Positions 38,920 to 51,950 of a DNA stretch of 64,000 nucleotides are shown one piece after another (the first letter of the stretch is position 1; each line of letters opens with the position of its first letter). The stretch covers positions 1,426,001-1,490,000 of the forward strand of contig CM022668.1 of NCBI GenBank assembly GCA_012295275.1, given 5' to 3'. A model generated the notes under the pieces. That model was not told where the DNA came from and made no database searches. It worked only from the letters and a program-made list of their open reading frames with translations. The stretch comes from Chrysomallon squamiferum. Lineage: Eukaryota; Animalia; Mollusca. A program made the position numbers and the translations under genes.

Positions 38920-41900
38920 TCAAAATTCTTTTTTCATATCTGCAAAAAAAATAAAATAATAATAACACAATTATTAACCACAATCATTTTTTGTCTGTAA
39001 GTTTATTACTAATAACAATAAAAAATGTACAGTTGACACATACAAACAAATGAAGAAACACCCAAGACGAACAAACAAGTTCCAAAAAAATAGATAGATA
39101 GATTGTCTTTAATTATTTGGAATTTTTTGTTGTCCCCTATTTTGAAATCTATTATTTGCTTGGCATGTCAGTATTATTATTATTATTATTTTTATTTTTT
39201 TTTTATTTGATGTAATCAGTACCTACAGTCACTCACCACTTAGTTCTATAAGTTTTCCCTTCCAGCTCATCTCAAGCTTTTTCACAAATCTCTCAAACAC
39301 CTCAATGGCTGGACCTAAAGATGTTCTTTTGTAATCTGAAAATAATAGAAAACAGTTCTTTGTTTCTTTTTCTTTTGAAATGAACAATTAAAAACATTAT
39401 CACAAAAATTAATTTACGTGTTAACCCAAACAGACAGCATTGCTGAAGATCCTGTTGTTATTACTCAGTCAACCATCTATACCAGCCAGTTTTCCAAGTG
39501 TTGGCTTTTGTCTGATTTCAAAACTACTATTTTTAAAAAGGATAAAGTCCATTAATGCAGCATTTCAGGTATATTTATGTTATATCATTTTCATTTTTCT
39601 TTCTTAAAAGAAATATATTAATAATCATAATAAAAATTAAAGACTAATTAAATGAGGTTCATTTCAAGATTATTTTGAGAGCACTGAAATATACTGAGAA
39701 TAATGTAAAAATGTAAAATACTAATATCTTGTTACCCTTAATTTTTGATGTACTGGTCTCCATGCTGTTCAGTTCCTCTAACAAGTTACTGAAACAAAAC
39801 AAATAGTAAGATTACTGACTGATGATAAGTGTCAAGCATTCAAGCTTGAAACAGAAACAAAACCAGGAAGTTTATTGATATTTGTTTATTTTCTTTTCTT
39901 TCTACAGTGTAATTCAGATTGCTTTTTTGATGGAAATACACGTATTACTTAAAAATCAGCCAACTCTGACAATCATAACTCACTGGTATTAAGAAATAAA
40001 AACAAACATGAGTGAGTGAATTATTAGCAAAAATTCAAAAATCTATATTTAGTTTTCCAATGAAAGAAAAAATACGTGTATTTAAATTTTTTTTTTTTTT
40101 CTGGCAATATCTTTTTTTTTTGTAATAGATTATTATTTGTTATCATTTTTTTCCAATGGTTTGAAACTAAGGATGCCAGGAAATCAAAGGGAAGTTCATA
40201 TTATGTAAAGTTTAAAGTAACATCACACCTAATCGTTGGTACTGAAGCAGGGTCAAATGAGTCAACATTATCCTGATCAAATGGAACACAAACACGACCT
40301 GCAATAAAACAGTATATTTTAAAACACAGAACCTATGTAAATATTTCATACAAGTTGGAATTGTTCAAGTAATTCAAATATTTTTTAACAAATAAACAAT
40401 CATCTTCAGTATATAATACTTTAACATACACAGACATATAATTTACAAAGTGTACATTGTTCTTGCTGTACCAGTCTAGTTTAAAAATAATGTGAAATAC
40501 TTACATTACATCTAAATAGAAAGAAAAAAAAAGAAAAAAAAAGTGCATTTTTTTTGGGAAAAATAAATAGCATGACACCATTTCTTTTATGAGAACAGTT
40601 CAAACTCGCCTGTCTTGGGGTGGACACAAAATGGACTCTTCAGTAAATGATTAACTCCCTTGCTTACATTGACATCAAGTCTTGGATAACAGAATTGCAA
40701 CATTATCTCATGAACAGCCATTCTGCTCTTCTTATAAACACTCTGAAATGTACATTTTTCTACTGTGCAAATGTTCTTTACATAAATAATAAATTGTTAC
40801 AAAAATGTTAAAAAAGTAATTATGTACAGGACTGTTTCATTTTTTTAAATTTTGTTCTTATACATTATATCTGTGTTTTGAAAATAATAAAATTATCCCT
40901 GTCTGTATACAGTGACATATTAGTCCTGCTTGAACTTTTTTTAAATCTAAGAACAAAAATAAGTTATGTTTCTCTCCTCCAAACTTCATATTATTATTAT
41001 TAGGAAATAAAGAAATAACTAATGAAACTAAAATTACCATTGATTGACATTCATTGATTCTCTGTTTTAAAATAACCCATCTTGTACTTGAATTCTTGCC
41101 AACAGTTGTAAAATCCTGTGTTAGTTTTGTACGCAGATGTGACAACAGTTAAAGAAAATCGTGTTGGTGTGTACAAATTTTTAATAAATCAGTTTATTAA
41201 AAAGAATAATACCATTCAAATGTTATATAAAAAAAAAAAAAAAGTTTTATCATTGTGGACAATGTCCGTTTATTTTTAACATCCACTGTACAATCATTTC
41301 CAAATTTAAAACTTTTATACTCTGAAGGCTCACATTTACTTTACACCAGTGGTTCCCATCTTAAAAATGTTTATGTCCGCCCTTTGACATAAAAACAAAC
41401 TGAGTTTTATGAAAGTGTAATTACTGTAATATAAAGTAGAAATCCTTTAATTAAATAAAGATAAAGATTAGGCAAACTGTTTGTAGGTACTGCCAGATAC
41501 ATGATAACGTATAGACAAAGTATAACTGACATGTGGTCATATTATATCACTTTCAAATTGCCCCCCCTTTAGAGTGTGTGCCACACTTTGGGAATCACTG
41601 TTTTACACTATGTTTACATCCTGTATTAATTTAAATAAAGGTTTTAAAAAGAACAACATAAAAACAATTTACTACCAAAATTAATAAAATAGTGTATAAA
41701 AAACATTTTAAATTAAGTTTGTAAATCTGTGTTTTGTTTACAATGCAGACATGAACTGTGCTAATGTTGTTGTTGATGACATACTTTTGTTTTACAGGCT
41801 TGTGTCAGATTGGTGAAACTTCACAGGTTGTTTAAGTCAATATACTGTAATTACAGTCATTATAGATCAGTATAAACTTTAACTGTTATATCAGTTAGTA

Positions 41901-44900
41901 AAAGTATTACAGATGATAGATATTCATTGCTAATTCTGACAAACAGAAAGAAAGGATATCTTGGTCTGGAATTAGACTTAACAGCTTCACCCACTTTTCT
42001 TCATTCTCCAAAATATCTTGTTTTCTTACTGCATAATCTGTGAAGTATTCTTCAATAATGTCAAAAGACCGACTGAAAGTTGAGAAAAATCTAATTTTAA
42101 AATTGTACTTAAAACTTTAGTTTATATAGCTAAATTATGAGTACTGGGTGGAAAGATAGCATTAAAGTTATATTTTAGAAAGTCCTTATCTTACCTGACA
42201 TGTGGGTGCATGCGTTCATCTAGAGTAACCTTCTTTGCTTGATTATCTCCACCCTAGGAACAATTTAACATCATTTTAATATTTCACATCAGTTAGTTTC
42301 AGATTAACCCATGGGATCATTTTAGTTATTTATTTCTCCCCACTTTTGAAAATTCTAAAAATGGGCAGATGGAGATTTTAGATATTATCAAAGAGGAATC
42401 ATTAAAAATAAAAAAGGTTTACATACTGTGGCATTTGTAACAATGATTAATGTGAGTGCACAGTATGGCATGCACTGACATAAAATGGGTTAAGCAAGGT
42501 ATTATGCAGAAATTATGTTAACACATCTAACTAAATAAAGAGATAAATAGTCATACTGTTACACAGTTCCCTTTCCTAAACTATATCACTCTGAAAATAT
42601 CCCTTTTATCTATTTTGAAATCATTATTCATTTAATAAATACTATGAGAATTAATTCAACATTTAAAATTAATGTTATCACCAGAAACCTTAATCTGTAA
42701 GCATTCCTGCTTTACAAATGCCACCTAATACAGATTAATTGTCTCTAATCAGGATTATCATACACACTGAGTTAATGTGCTACTTTGGATTATTACAGAT
42801 ATATTTGTAATATTACTTGAATGTGTTTTATTTCATTTCAATCAAATGATTTATGTATGCCATTGAATCTGTTATTTGGCTTCCTTTTTTTGTTGTTGGG
42901 AGTCTTAATACTGTGTTTTTCATGACACTGTAAACACAGATATCTGGTCACATGATTTTTTTTTTTTAAAGTTTTAAAGGAGTACTGAATAAATAAACCT
43001 GCTGAATGAAAGTTTATCAGCTCAAGTAATTGTCATAAATAATTCAACAGAGGATGGTAAATCCTACTAATTCCTTTCTTATCCATATTTTACACAAAAG
43101 CAACCATCCAAAAATGAAATTAATTGTATTATATCAAATACATAAAACAAATTTCACCAAATTTTAAATCAGTAAAATAACTGCAGACTTTAATCCCTAA
43201 CCTTGACAACAGTAAGATATTCAGCAATAGCTGATCTTGCACTTTGAGATAATTTTCTGGCTCCTTCATCACAAACCCAGCAGTGAACACCTCGCCGCCC
43301 AGAGTAAACCCAGAGCAAGTGTTCATATCCAAAATCTTCTGTAAAAATCAAAAACAAAAATTCCATAAGTGTTTGGTTTGCTGCTGAAGAAAAAATATCT
43401 GATCACAATCACTACAATACAATCTATTTCTTTTTTAAAAATGATACATGTCAACACAACTGAGACTAAATATTTTTCCAACATTTTAATTTAACTAATT
43501 ATGTTCTACATACCTTGTAAAGCAGAGTCCAAAATTTTAACAGCCATTTTCATCAAAGGCCAACATAATTCACAAATGTCGGCACCACTAAGTAGTAAAA
43601 AAATAAAATAAAATAAAAAAATTATAAATTAAATAAAAATAAATATTTTGAACAAATAAACTTCCACATAAATAAATAAATACAGAAATAAAATAAACAA
43701 ATAAAGTAAAAAAAAATAATTAAAAAATAAAATTACTTAATTAATATTTATCTAATAATGTTACATCATAATTATTAGTTTTACATTTTACCAACAAAAA
43801 AAATAAAATAAAAATAGAATAAGAAAAAGTTATTTACAATTCATTTTAGTTGTGACAGACACAAGCATTTTAAGACCAAATATAGATGCAATACACACAC
43901 AATGTATTTAATTATTTATGTTTTTCTTTTTAAATATTAGCAAAAGATTATTTACGAGCAGCAGTTTCTGACATCATCATAATCTGTCATGTCAATGTCA
44001 AACACCAGCTCCTTTTCCTGCGCATGAAGTGCAGCAGTTTTAACTGTCTTGTGATCTTTAGGCTGAAATCAAAGAATGCAAAACATTCCTCTACTTTCTT
44101 AATATTTATTATGTTACTTTTAGAACTATTTTTCAAAATTATAAAAAATATTTACTTTCAAAAGAAAGAAGGAACTGAAATTAGAGTATATGAAATCACT
44201 TTCACAAAATATACATAGTATTTGTTTAATAACAATGGAAATGTTAACCAGAATGTATTATGATTTTTTTTAAAAAATTATCTTGACCTCAGAATGATAC
44301 TGATTTTAATAAATACACCTTCACAGTGTTATATTCAGTGTTATATTTAAATGCAGTTTTACTTTCCCAGACAAACTTGTTGGTTCTGGTATTATTTTTT
44401 AAAATATAAATGTACACACAATAGATAAAAATAAGAACTGCTCCTATTTAGTTAAATAGTTAAATATGAATTTTCCAACTTATTATTTTACTGTTTTTGG
44501 CAACCTGTCATCATCACTCATAACAAAAGTGACAGTAAAACAAGAGTGTTTCATAACAGCTGTTTAACCTGTTCTACTTTGACATCATGGTGCTTGTCAC
44601 TGACAGACACTGGAATTTTCTGACCAGAAGAATTTTTAGAACAAATTGGATTATTCTGAATACAACTACAGAAAAACAACAACATCGAGATATTTAAAAA
44701 CTGTATACTTTTGTTGTTATCAATTTATTAAGGGTTGAAGAAAAAATAAAATAATAACAGTACACTCATTAATTTCTACTTACTTTGTGAGAAAATACAG
44801 CCCCAATGTCAATCTTGTATGGACATCTTTTTTGTATTTCTGTTTCTAGTTCTTGCTGGTCAGAAAATGACTGGTATCGGATATACACATCATCCTTCAG

Positions 44901-45181
44901 TGTGAAGGAAAATTCTCGATTTGAAAAGTAGTGTTTTGGAACTGAAACATAAAATCAAATTTATTTTTATTAGTTGGAACAGTGAAAGAAAAAAGATATT
45001 TACTCTTCCAAAAATAGATTATTACTGCTCACTTGATTTGTTTTGGTTACAAGAAAATATTCTGCACATACATCAATTAAAAGAGGTAGTATTGGAAAAA
45101 TTGTTCTTTTGACTAGTTTGGCAACAATGAATTTGTTTATAGTATTATACACTTTTATATATAAACTACAAAAAACTATGG

Positions 45182-45216
<35 letters not shown>

Positions 45217-45762
45217 AACATTGAAACTGATAACCAGATACTGATGTTAGATGATCATGGATATTGCTAATACTCAAACACTTACACACTATTATTAGTA
45301 TTAACTGTTAACCATTAGTAATGGCAAAAAACACGACATCAGTTATTTATTTTTTCACCAGTCATACAAGAGGACAGTAGCAAAACTAGAAAGAAAGTTG
45401 GTGAAGCAGTCTTGGTAATAATATTAAGTATTAACTAATTTAGTAATTATAATTATTATATTAATAATTAATTGTTGTTGTTTTGTAATGACAGAAATTA
45501 AACATATGAAATAGCTATGAGAAAACATATCAGTTAAAGAATTATAATCTATATAACTGTTATTATAACATCATACATTTATTTATTCGAAGTATAGATG
45601 AAATAAATTAAATAATGATAATTTCAGTTTCAATTTGCTGTCAAAAGTTTATTACTTACTGCCTCCGTAATGCAGCCATCTGTAATAAGGACCGTAGGGG
45701 AAAAGGCGTTTATAATATGATGGTAGCAAATCTGGCAACTCCTCTGCATCATATTTGTTCAT
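38920..45762 (-). CDS. PRIM1: DNA primase small (catalytic) subunit, 13 coding exons
   Basis: Starts [34 protein letters not shown] (45660-45762). Motifs include [61 protein letters not shown] and [32 protein letters not shown]. Ends DMKKEF* (38920-38939). The model needs one AT-AC and one GC-AG intron. Confidence 0.97.
40299..40609 (-). other. GC-AG intron in PRIM1
   Basis: Donor ACAG|GCGAGT and acceptor ttttattgcag|GT; this junction restores the conserved HPKT-G-RVCVP. Confidence 0.85.
41139..41959 (-). other. U12-type AT-AC intron in PRIM1
   Basis: 5' site |ATATCCTTT, branch point TTCTTTAAC close to the 3' end, 3' site ...gttgtcAC|. It joins LIPDQ-D-LRTKL in frame. Confidence 0.93.
41347..41600. 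mobile_element. hAT (Charlie-like) MITE, 254 bp
   Basis: TIRs CAGTGGTTCCCA / TGGGAATCACTG match at 11/12. The 8-bp TSD ctttacac / ttttacac matches at 7/8 with a central TA. Confidence 0.8.
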
Positions 45763-45850
45763 ATTTTCATTCATTCTATTATTATCTATACGTATAAATT
45801 ACTGCAGTGTTTAAAACATGTGACTATTATTGTTTTCGTGTACTAAATAT

Positions 45851-45859
45851 CCCGCCAAA
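45851..45859 (-). promoter_or_regulatory. E2F site (TTTGGCGGG) in the PRIM1 promoter
   Basis: Located ~90 bp upstream of the PRIM1 ATG; replication genes are classic E2F targets. Confidence 0.6.
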
Positions 45860-48321
45860 TCTCCAATCTAGTTTACGATAAGACGTAGAATCCAGATCAA
45901 AGTTTAAATTATATATTTGATGATAAATTATAATAATCATATTAGTGATATTTGATAAATGTAACAACAATATTATAGGAGTTTAATATACCTCATGAAC
46001 ACTTTTTATAGACCCAATTTACGGTTATCAGAAAGTGTAAGGTCGAGGTCAGAGGTTAGAGGTGTTGCAGTTTGCATACCCAAACACACAAAAAATACAT
46101 ACTTGGAATATAGTACTAAAATATGCAGCTGCCATTTTTCTGAGTATTAAATTTAATAATATTGATAATTATTTATAAATTATTATTAATTTTATTTGCA
46201 AAAAAGTCACATAAAAATATTATTGGCTGTAAAAGGCTAGGTGTAAATTAATCAAATAATGATAATGATATTGATAAAATACACTGATTGATCAACAATG
46301 AAGCAGTTTAGCCTTTGGAACTGGACTGGAATCACAAAGGTAACAAAATAATTATAGATATAGAGACTGGTGTGATCAACTATTCAATTAATGATATTAA
46401 AATGATTTTAAAATTTTATTTCAAAAATAAAAATAGATACTTCAAAATGTCAATAATATTTAAATTATTTAAAAACAAATATTTATTATCATTCAAAGTA
46501 CTTTTTCAAATAACTTGTAAAATTACTGTTATATGTGCATTTTATCATATGATCATTTTTGACAATTAATGTCTGTGATGTTTTTACAAAGGTATTAAAT
46601 TTCCTCAAATTCTTTTAGCATCTTCAATCAGTTTTTAAGTTCATGTTGGAATATATTCCTTTTCTTTGCATGATGCTATTTTTGGTAAATTCTTGTTCAT
46701 TAACTATGTTCCTTTTTTTTCCTTAACTATATTCATTGTCAGTCTGTGGTCACTTCCATCAATATGTGTTGACTTGGTAACTGACTGTTGCAATTAGAAA
46801 ATATTAAATGTGTTTTATGTTTGCTCATCTTTTTTATGTCAACAGATTAACATAAAATAAAACAGGTTTGAAATGAATAATATTTAGGAAAAGTAGAAGA
46901 GAGAAGTTAGGAAGAGTGAAATTTTCATAGGCTGTTCATTTTGTTCTACTATTCTGCAGACATCAATTATTTGTTTAATTTTGGTTTGATTATTTCTTGA
47001 GAAATATATATATATATATATTGTTTTTTCTTCTAATGAATGTTATTATATAGTGAAAACAAGAAATAAGGATGGTTTTCTAAGTGTGCACATCAATACA
47101 GTCAAAGGATAATAAATGAAATACATAAAATGTAAATAATCTACACTTTTTTGTAAAGAACAATATAAAATAAATAAATTCTAAATAATAATAAAATGAA
47201 AAATAAAATAATTTACAATCTACTGTTTAAGTTCTACAATATAAAGTACAATTTTAAATTAACTAAAAAAAATTATAATTATTTATCTTCTTTTCTTTAT
47301 TTCTTTTTAATTTTAATTTTTTTGTTTTAATGATTATTATTGATTGTTTCTTAATGGAAATTTTCTTATTTATTTATCATTATTTTTGGAAGCTGCATTT
47401 ATTCATGGTTTTATGCTCAGTTCTTTATGCATGTAAAAAACAAAAAGTCTGCTTATTTAACAGTATGAAATTGTTTCAGTTATTGGTAAAAAAAACAAAA
47501 ACAAATGGCTAAATAAATATTAAAAACACTATAAACCTTGATATTTATTATTATGTTAAAATATTGTTTTACCAGTAAGACAGTGTGTGTGTATCATGTA
47601 ATGTCAGGAATATAGCAAGTATATTAGGTTTATATATAAAAACAGACTAAAAATTGTTAAAATTAGTTTTTTCTTCTTTCCTTTTTTGTCCTGTCTTAAA
47701 TACAACACACTGTATTATTGTATTGTACTGATTAATCCATTAAGCTGTATTATTGCTTTTGTTCAATGTTAAAGGTTATGAATTTATAAAACATTTTAGA
47801 ATACACCCATTGCTATCAAACATCAATAAATTGAGTCAGCTTAAAAAATAATGTATTATTTCTACCTCCACGTAACTAGACTTAGATCATATCATTTAAA
47901 TAATAATGTTTTTTACTTCTTTTATTCAATATTGGCAAAGATTCAAATTGACGTCAGTTATGGTACTACAATGTGGAGTATGCAAATGAATGATAAAAAA
48001 ATTATTTGTTCAGAAAAGTATTCATTTTGTGTGTGTGTGTGTGTGTTGTGAATATATTTTTTTTATTGGACAAAACTGTATAATCTGTTTTATTAAAGTC
48101 TGTATTAAATAAAAGTTATTACAATGTGGGGTGAGATTTCTTTATAAAGTTGTCTGTATGCTCTGCTTTGTGCATTGAATATTTAATTTACATTTGTAAA
48201 ATTAGAAAGAAAAAGTCCCTTTGAAATGTCAGCAATTCATTTAGAATAAAATAATTATTTTTTCTTTTTTTCTCATTTGCTTCTAGTATTCTGGATAAAC
48301 AACAAGGTAATTTTATATATG

Positions 48322-48366
<45 letters not shown>

Positions 48367-48821
48367 AACTGACTGGTAGTAATATCACACTGGGAAAGAA
48401 CCACTCTGTAACAATGTTTTTTTTTATGTTACTGTCTTTGAAGTTAATCACTGAACATTTAGTTTCATGCTTCAATATCCTGTTAAATTATTTTTACAAT
48501 TATTTTTAATAATTTATTTATTTATTAATTTCTTAATTTAACTGCTTTTTTTATTTTAAATTATATATATATATATTTTTTAATGATTATTATTAATTGT
48601 TTCTTAATGAATTTTTTCTAATTTATTTATTTTAAATTTTTTTTTTTTTTTTTTTTTAATGATTATTATTAATTGTTTCTTAATGGATTTTTTTTGTCTT
48701 ATTTATCTTCTTTTCTTTATATCTTTTTAATTTTAATTTTATTTAATTTTTTTTTTTTCGGTCTTATTTATTTATTATTATTTTTGGAAGCTGCATTTAT
48801 TCATGGTTTTATTCTCAGTTG

Positions 48822-49716
48822 TTTGTGATAGTGAATAAGTATTTGTTACTTTGTCAAATACTAGTAACTGTGATAGTGAATACATATTTGTTACTTTGAC
48901 AGATACCAATGACTGTGATAGTGAATAAGTATTTGTTACTTAGTCAAATAAATACCAATGACTGTGATGTAATAAGTATTTGTTACTTAGTCAAATAAAT
49001 ACCAATGACTGTGATGTAATAAGTATTTGTTACTTTGACAGATACCAATGACTGTGATAGTGAATAAGTATTTGTTACTTAGTCAAATAAATACCAATGA
49101 CTGTGATGTAATAAGTATTTGTTACTTAGTCAAATAAATACCAATGACTGTGATGTAATAAGTATTTGTTACTTTGACAGATACCAATGACTGTGATAGT
49201 GAATAAGTATTTGTTACTTAGTCAAATAAATACCAATGACTGTGATGTAATCAGTATTTGTTACTTAGTCAAATAAATACCAATGACTGTGATGTAATAA
49301 GTATTTGTTACTTTGACAGATACCAATGACTGTGATAGTGAATAAGTATTTGTTACTTAGTCAAATAAATACCAATGACTGTGATGTAATAAGTATTTGT
49401 TACTTAGTCAAATAAATACCAATGACTGTGATGTAATAAGTATTTGTTACTTTGACAGATACCAATGACTGTGATAGTGAATAAGTATTTGTTACTTAGT
49501 CAAATAAATACCAATGACTGTGATGTAATCAGTATTTGTTACTTAGTCAAATAAATACCAATGACTGTGATGTAATAAGTATTTGTTACTTTGACAGATA
49601 CCAATGACTGTGATAGTGAATAAGTATTTGTTACTTAGTCAAATAAATACCAATGACTGTGATGTAATAAGCATTTGTTACTTTGTCAAATATCAGTGAC
49701 TGTGACAGTGAATAAA
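48822..49716. repeat. Minisatellite with a 139-bp higher-order unit (49+47+43-bp monomers)
   Basis: Monomers start at 48911, 48960, 49007, 49050, 49099, 49146, 49189 and onward. Higher-order units start at 48911, 49050, 49189, 49328, 49467 and 49606. Confidence 0.95.
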
Positions 49717-50950
49717 TATTTATATATTACATTTTAAATGCCTTATAAGATATATATTATAATTAATGGTTGTTTACATATTCAATAGCTAGTTGTTAAA
49801 TAAAATGTAAATATTCATGACCTAACAAAAAATAAATAATAAAAACATCTCCAAATAACTGTTATTTATGGTTTAAAGTCAGACAGTTTCAAGAAGTCTT
49901 TTCATAATATTCTAAGTACACAGTGACAACAACGTGTCCAGCAGATATAAATGCTTGTGTAAATCATATTTAAACAGGATAACTTTATTACACAATGGTT
50001 ATACCTGTTCATAAGTTATAAATTATGTAATATAGTTGTAATTCTCACTGGGTTTCTCATTAGGTATGTGTGGTAGTAGTATTAACAGTAGTAGTAGTAG
50101 TAGTAGTAGCAGCAGTAATTTTATGTTTTTTATTTTCTAGCAAGCAGCAATTTTCAATAATGAATTTCATTTTCCCTTTAAAATCTGTCAGTCAAATTTC
50201 ATTGCTTTTAATGAGAATGTATAGTTAATTTATATACACTAAATCTTTCACAGTTTAATAAATAACTAGATTTGTTTTAGTAGGTGAGTACATAAGTACT
50301 TGTGAATTTTTTTTTTTTTTTTTATTAATCTCTCTTATAATTGCTTGCTGAATAATTTTGTTTGTGGATAGGTGTTTTTTTCTTTTCTTTATTATTATTA
50401 TTATTATTATTGTTATTTAATTTTTTAATTTTTAATAGTTATATTTTAAACAAGTAAACAGTGATGGTCTTAAACTCATTCTGTAATTTCATATATATAT
50501 ATATATCTAATATTTCCAAACTAATTGAAAGAAATAATACTCTCTGACATGCTTTATTTCCTAATAATTAAAATTTCCATCTCTTTTCCTTGTTTATTAA
50601 TATTATTATTATTATTTGTTTTGTATAATGTTTTTAGAAATGTTTTGGATAGAAGTGAGTGCTGTTTTGTTTGATGTGGATAATTCACTGTGATTAAGTT
50701 GTGGTATGGAGGATATCAAAAGAATCAAAACACCTCACAAAGTTTCACAGTGTAACAAGATCCTAACTTCATTTCCACCACACAAGGTAAGAGAATAGTA
50801 ACATAATATTCAATTTTATTTCTTGCTTTCTTACTTTTCTTCTCTTTGAATACAGCATCTGATACATAAATTCAAGTCATGGCTTTATCGTACAGTCCAC
50901 GCTGAAAAGAATAAAGATAAAAATGCGCATAACAACAACAACTACAAAAA

Positions 50951-50986
<36 letters not shown>

Positions 50987-51729
50987 GATAGTAGTCTGAT
51001 TACAAATTCACTTTCTATCTCCTTTTAAGTGTGTCGCCATCAACTATGAAATTGTGTGTGACGTAGCTTTGTTTAACCTTTAACCTCTTATTCCAGTAGA
51101 GCACATGAAGCAAATATTTCTCTTTTGTCGTAAGTCGTGACTGACGTCTATATTTAGTTACTAGATCCTTACATTGATAAAAGGACTAGTCATGCCTGTT
51201 ACAAAATACGTCCTGGATTGAATTAGATTTAGTATTTGCTTTGTACTTTAATTTTACTGTTATACATATCAGTGTACATAAACCACTTCAAACTCTTTAG
51301 CCGCGTTTTTTTTTTATTTTTGTTTTACTTTTATTTTGCAGCTGAAGCTGTGATATGCTATAAAATGCTTTCCTTTTTTTTTTTTTTTTTTAATGAGAAT
51401 AAGTATGTGACCTATTCCATCCAAAAAATGTATTTATTTATTTATTTATTTATTTATGTTAGTTTTAAAATGATGTAATGTAGAGTATTATAGTATGTTT
51501 GAACATCGCTGAGACAAAGAACTGAGTAGAAAATGAAACAGAAGGTATTACGTCAGTGAGTCAGAGTGAGTTAGAAAAGTCTTTTTTTTTGTGTCCTTTA
51601 AAAAGATAAGTGTGGTTTATATTGCGTTTAAGAATTAATCAGTGTGAAGTTAAAAAAAAAAAAAAAAAAAAATAAACAAACAACAACACCTAATAATAAA
51701 AAAAAAAAAATAAAAACACTAATATAATA

Positions 51730-51950
51730 AAAGCTGTTTGTATCGCGTCAGTAAGTTAATTCTTTGTGAAACAAAATGTAAAAGTCAGTTGTTTGTAATA
51801 CATGGGTGTAAGTTAATCACTGTGAAATAGAAAATGTTAAAATCAGCTTTGTATTATACGAGTGAAAGTTAATAATTTGTGAAACAGAAAATGTAAAGAT
51901 CAGCTGTTTTGTATTATTACGAGTGAAAATTAATCACTGTGAAATAGTAT
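51730..51950. repeat. Degenerate ~57-bp tandem repeat x ~4
   Basis: Recurring aagttaat..tgtgaaa.a.aaaatgt.aaa.tcag..tttgta. Confidence 0.75.

Noticed and set aside
39430-39520. Possible snoRNA or hairpin in PRIM1 introns (also ~44500-44620 and KPNB1 ~29500-29580)
   Set aside because: Only short inverted repeats are present, with no correctly ordered C/D or H/ACA boxes and no rRNA guide.
46103-46135. Minus-strand mini-exon MAAAYFSTIFQ|gtatgt as a PRIM1 N-terminal extension
   Set aside because: There is no in-frame acceptor before the PRIM1 ATG, whose exon already matches the conserved N-terminus. The ATG is better explained as part of a YY1-like motif.
48822-49716. CRISPR-like appearance of regular repeats (also 62-494 and 8691-8946)
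   Set aside because: There are no unique spacers or cas genes and the context is eukaryotic; these are plain tandem repeats.
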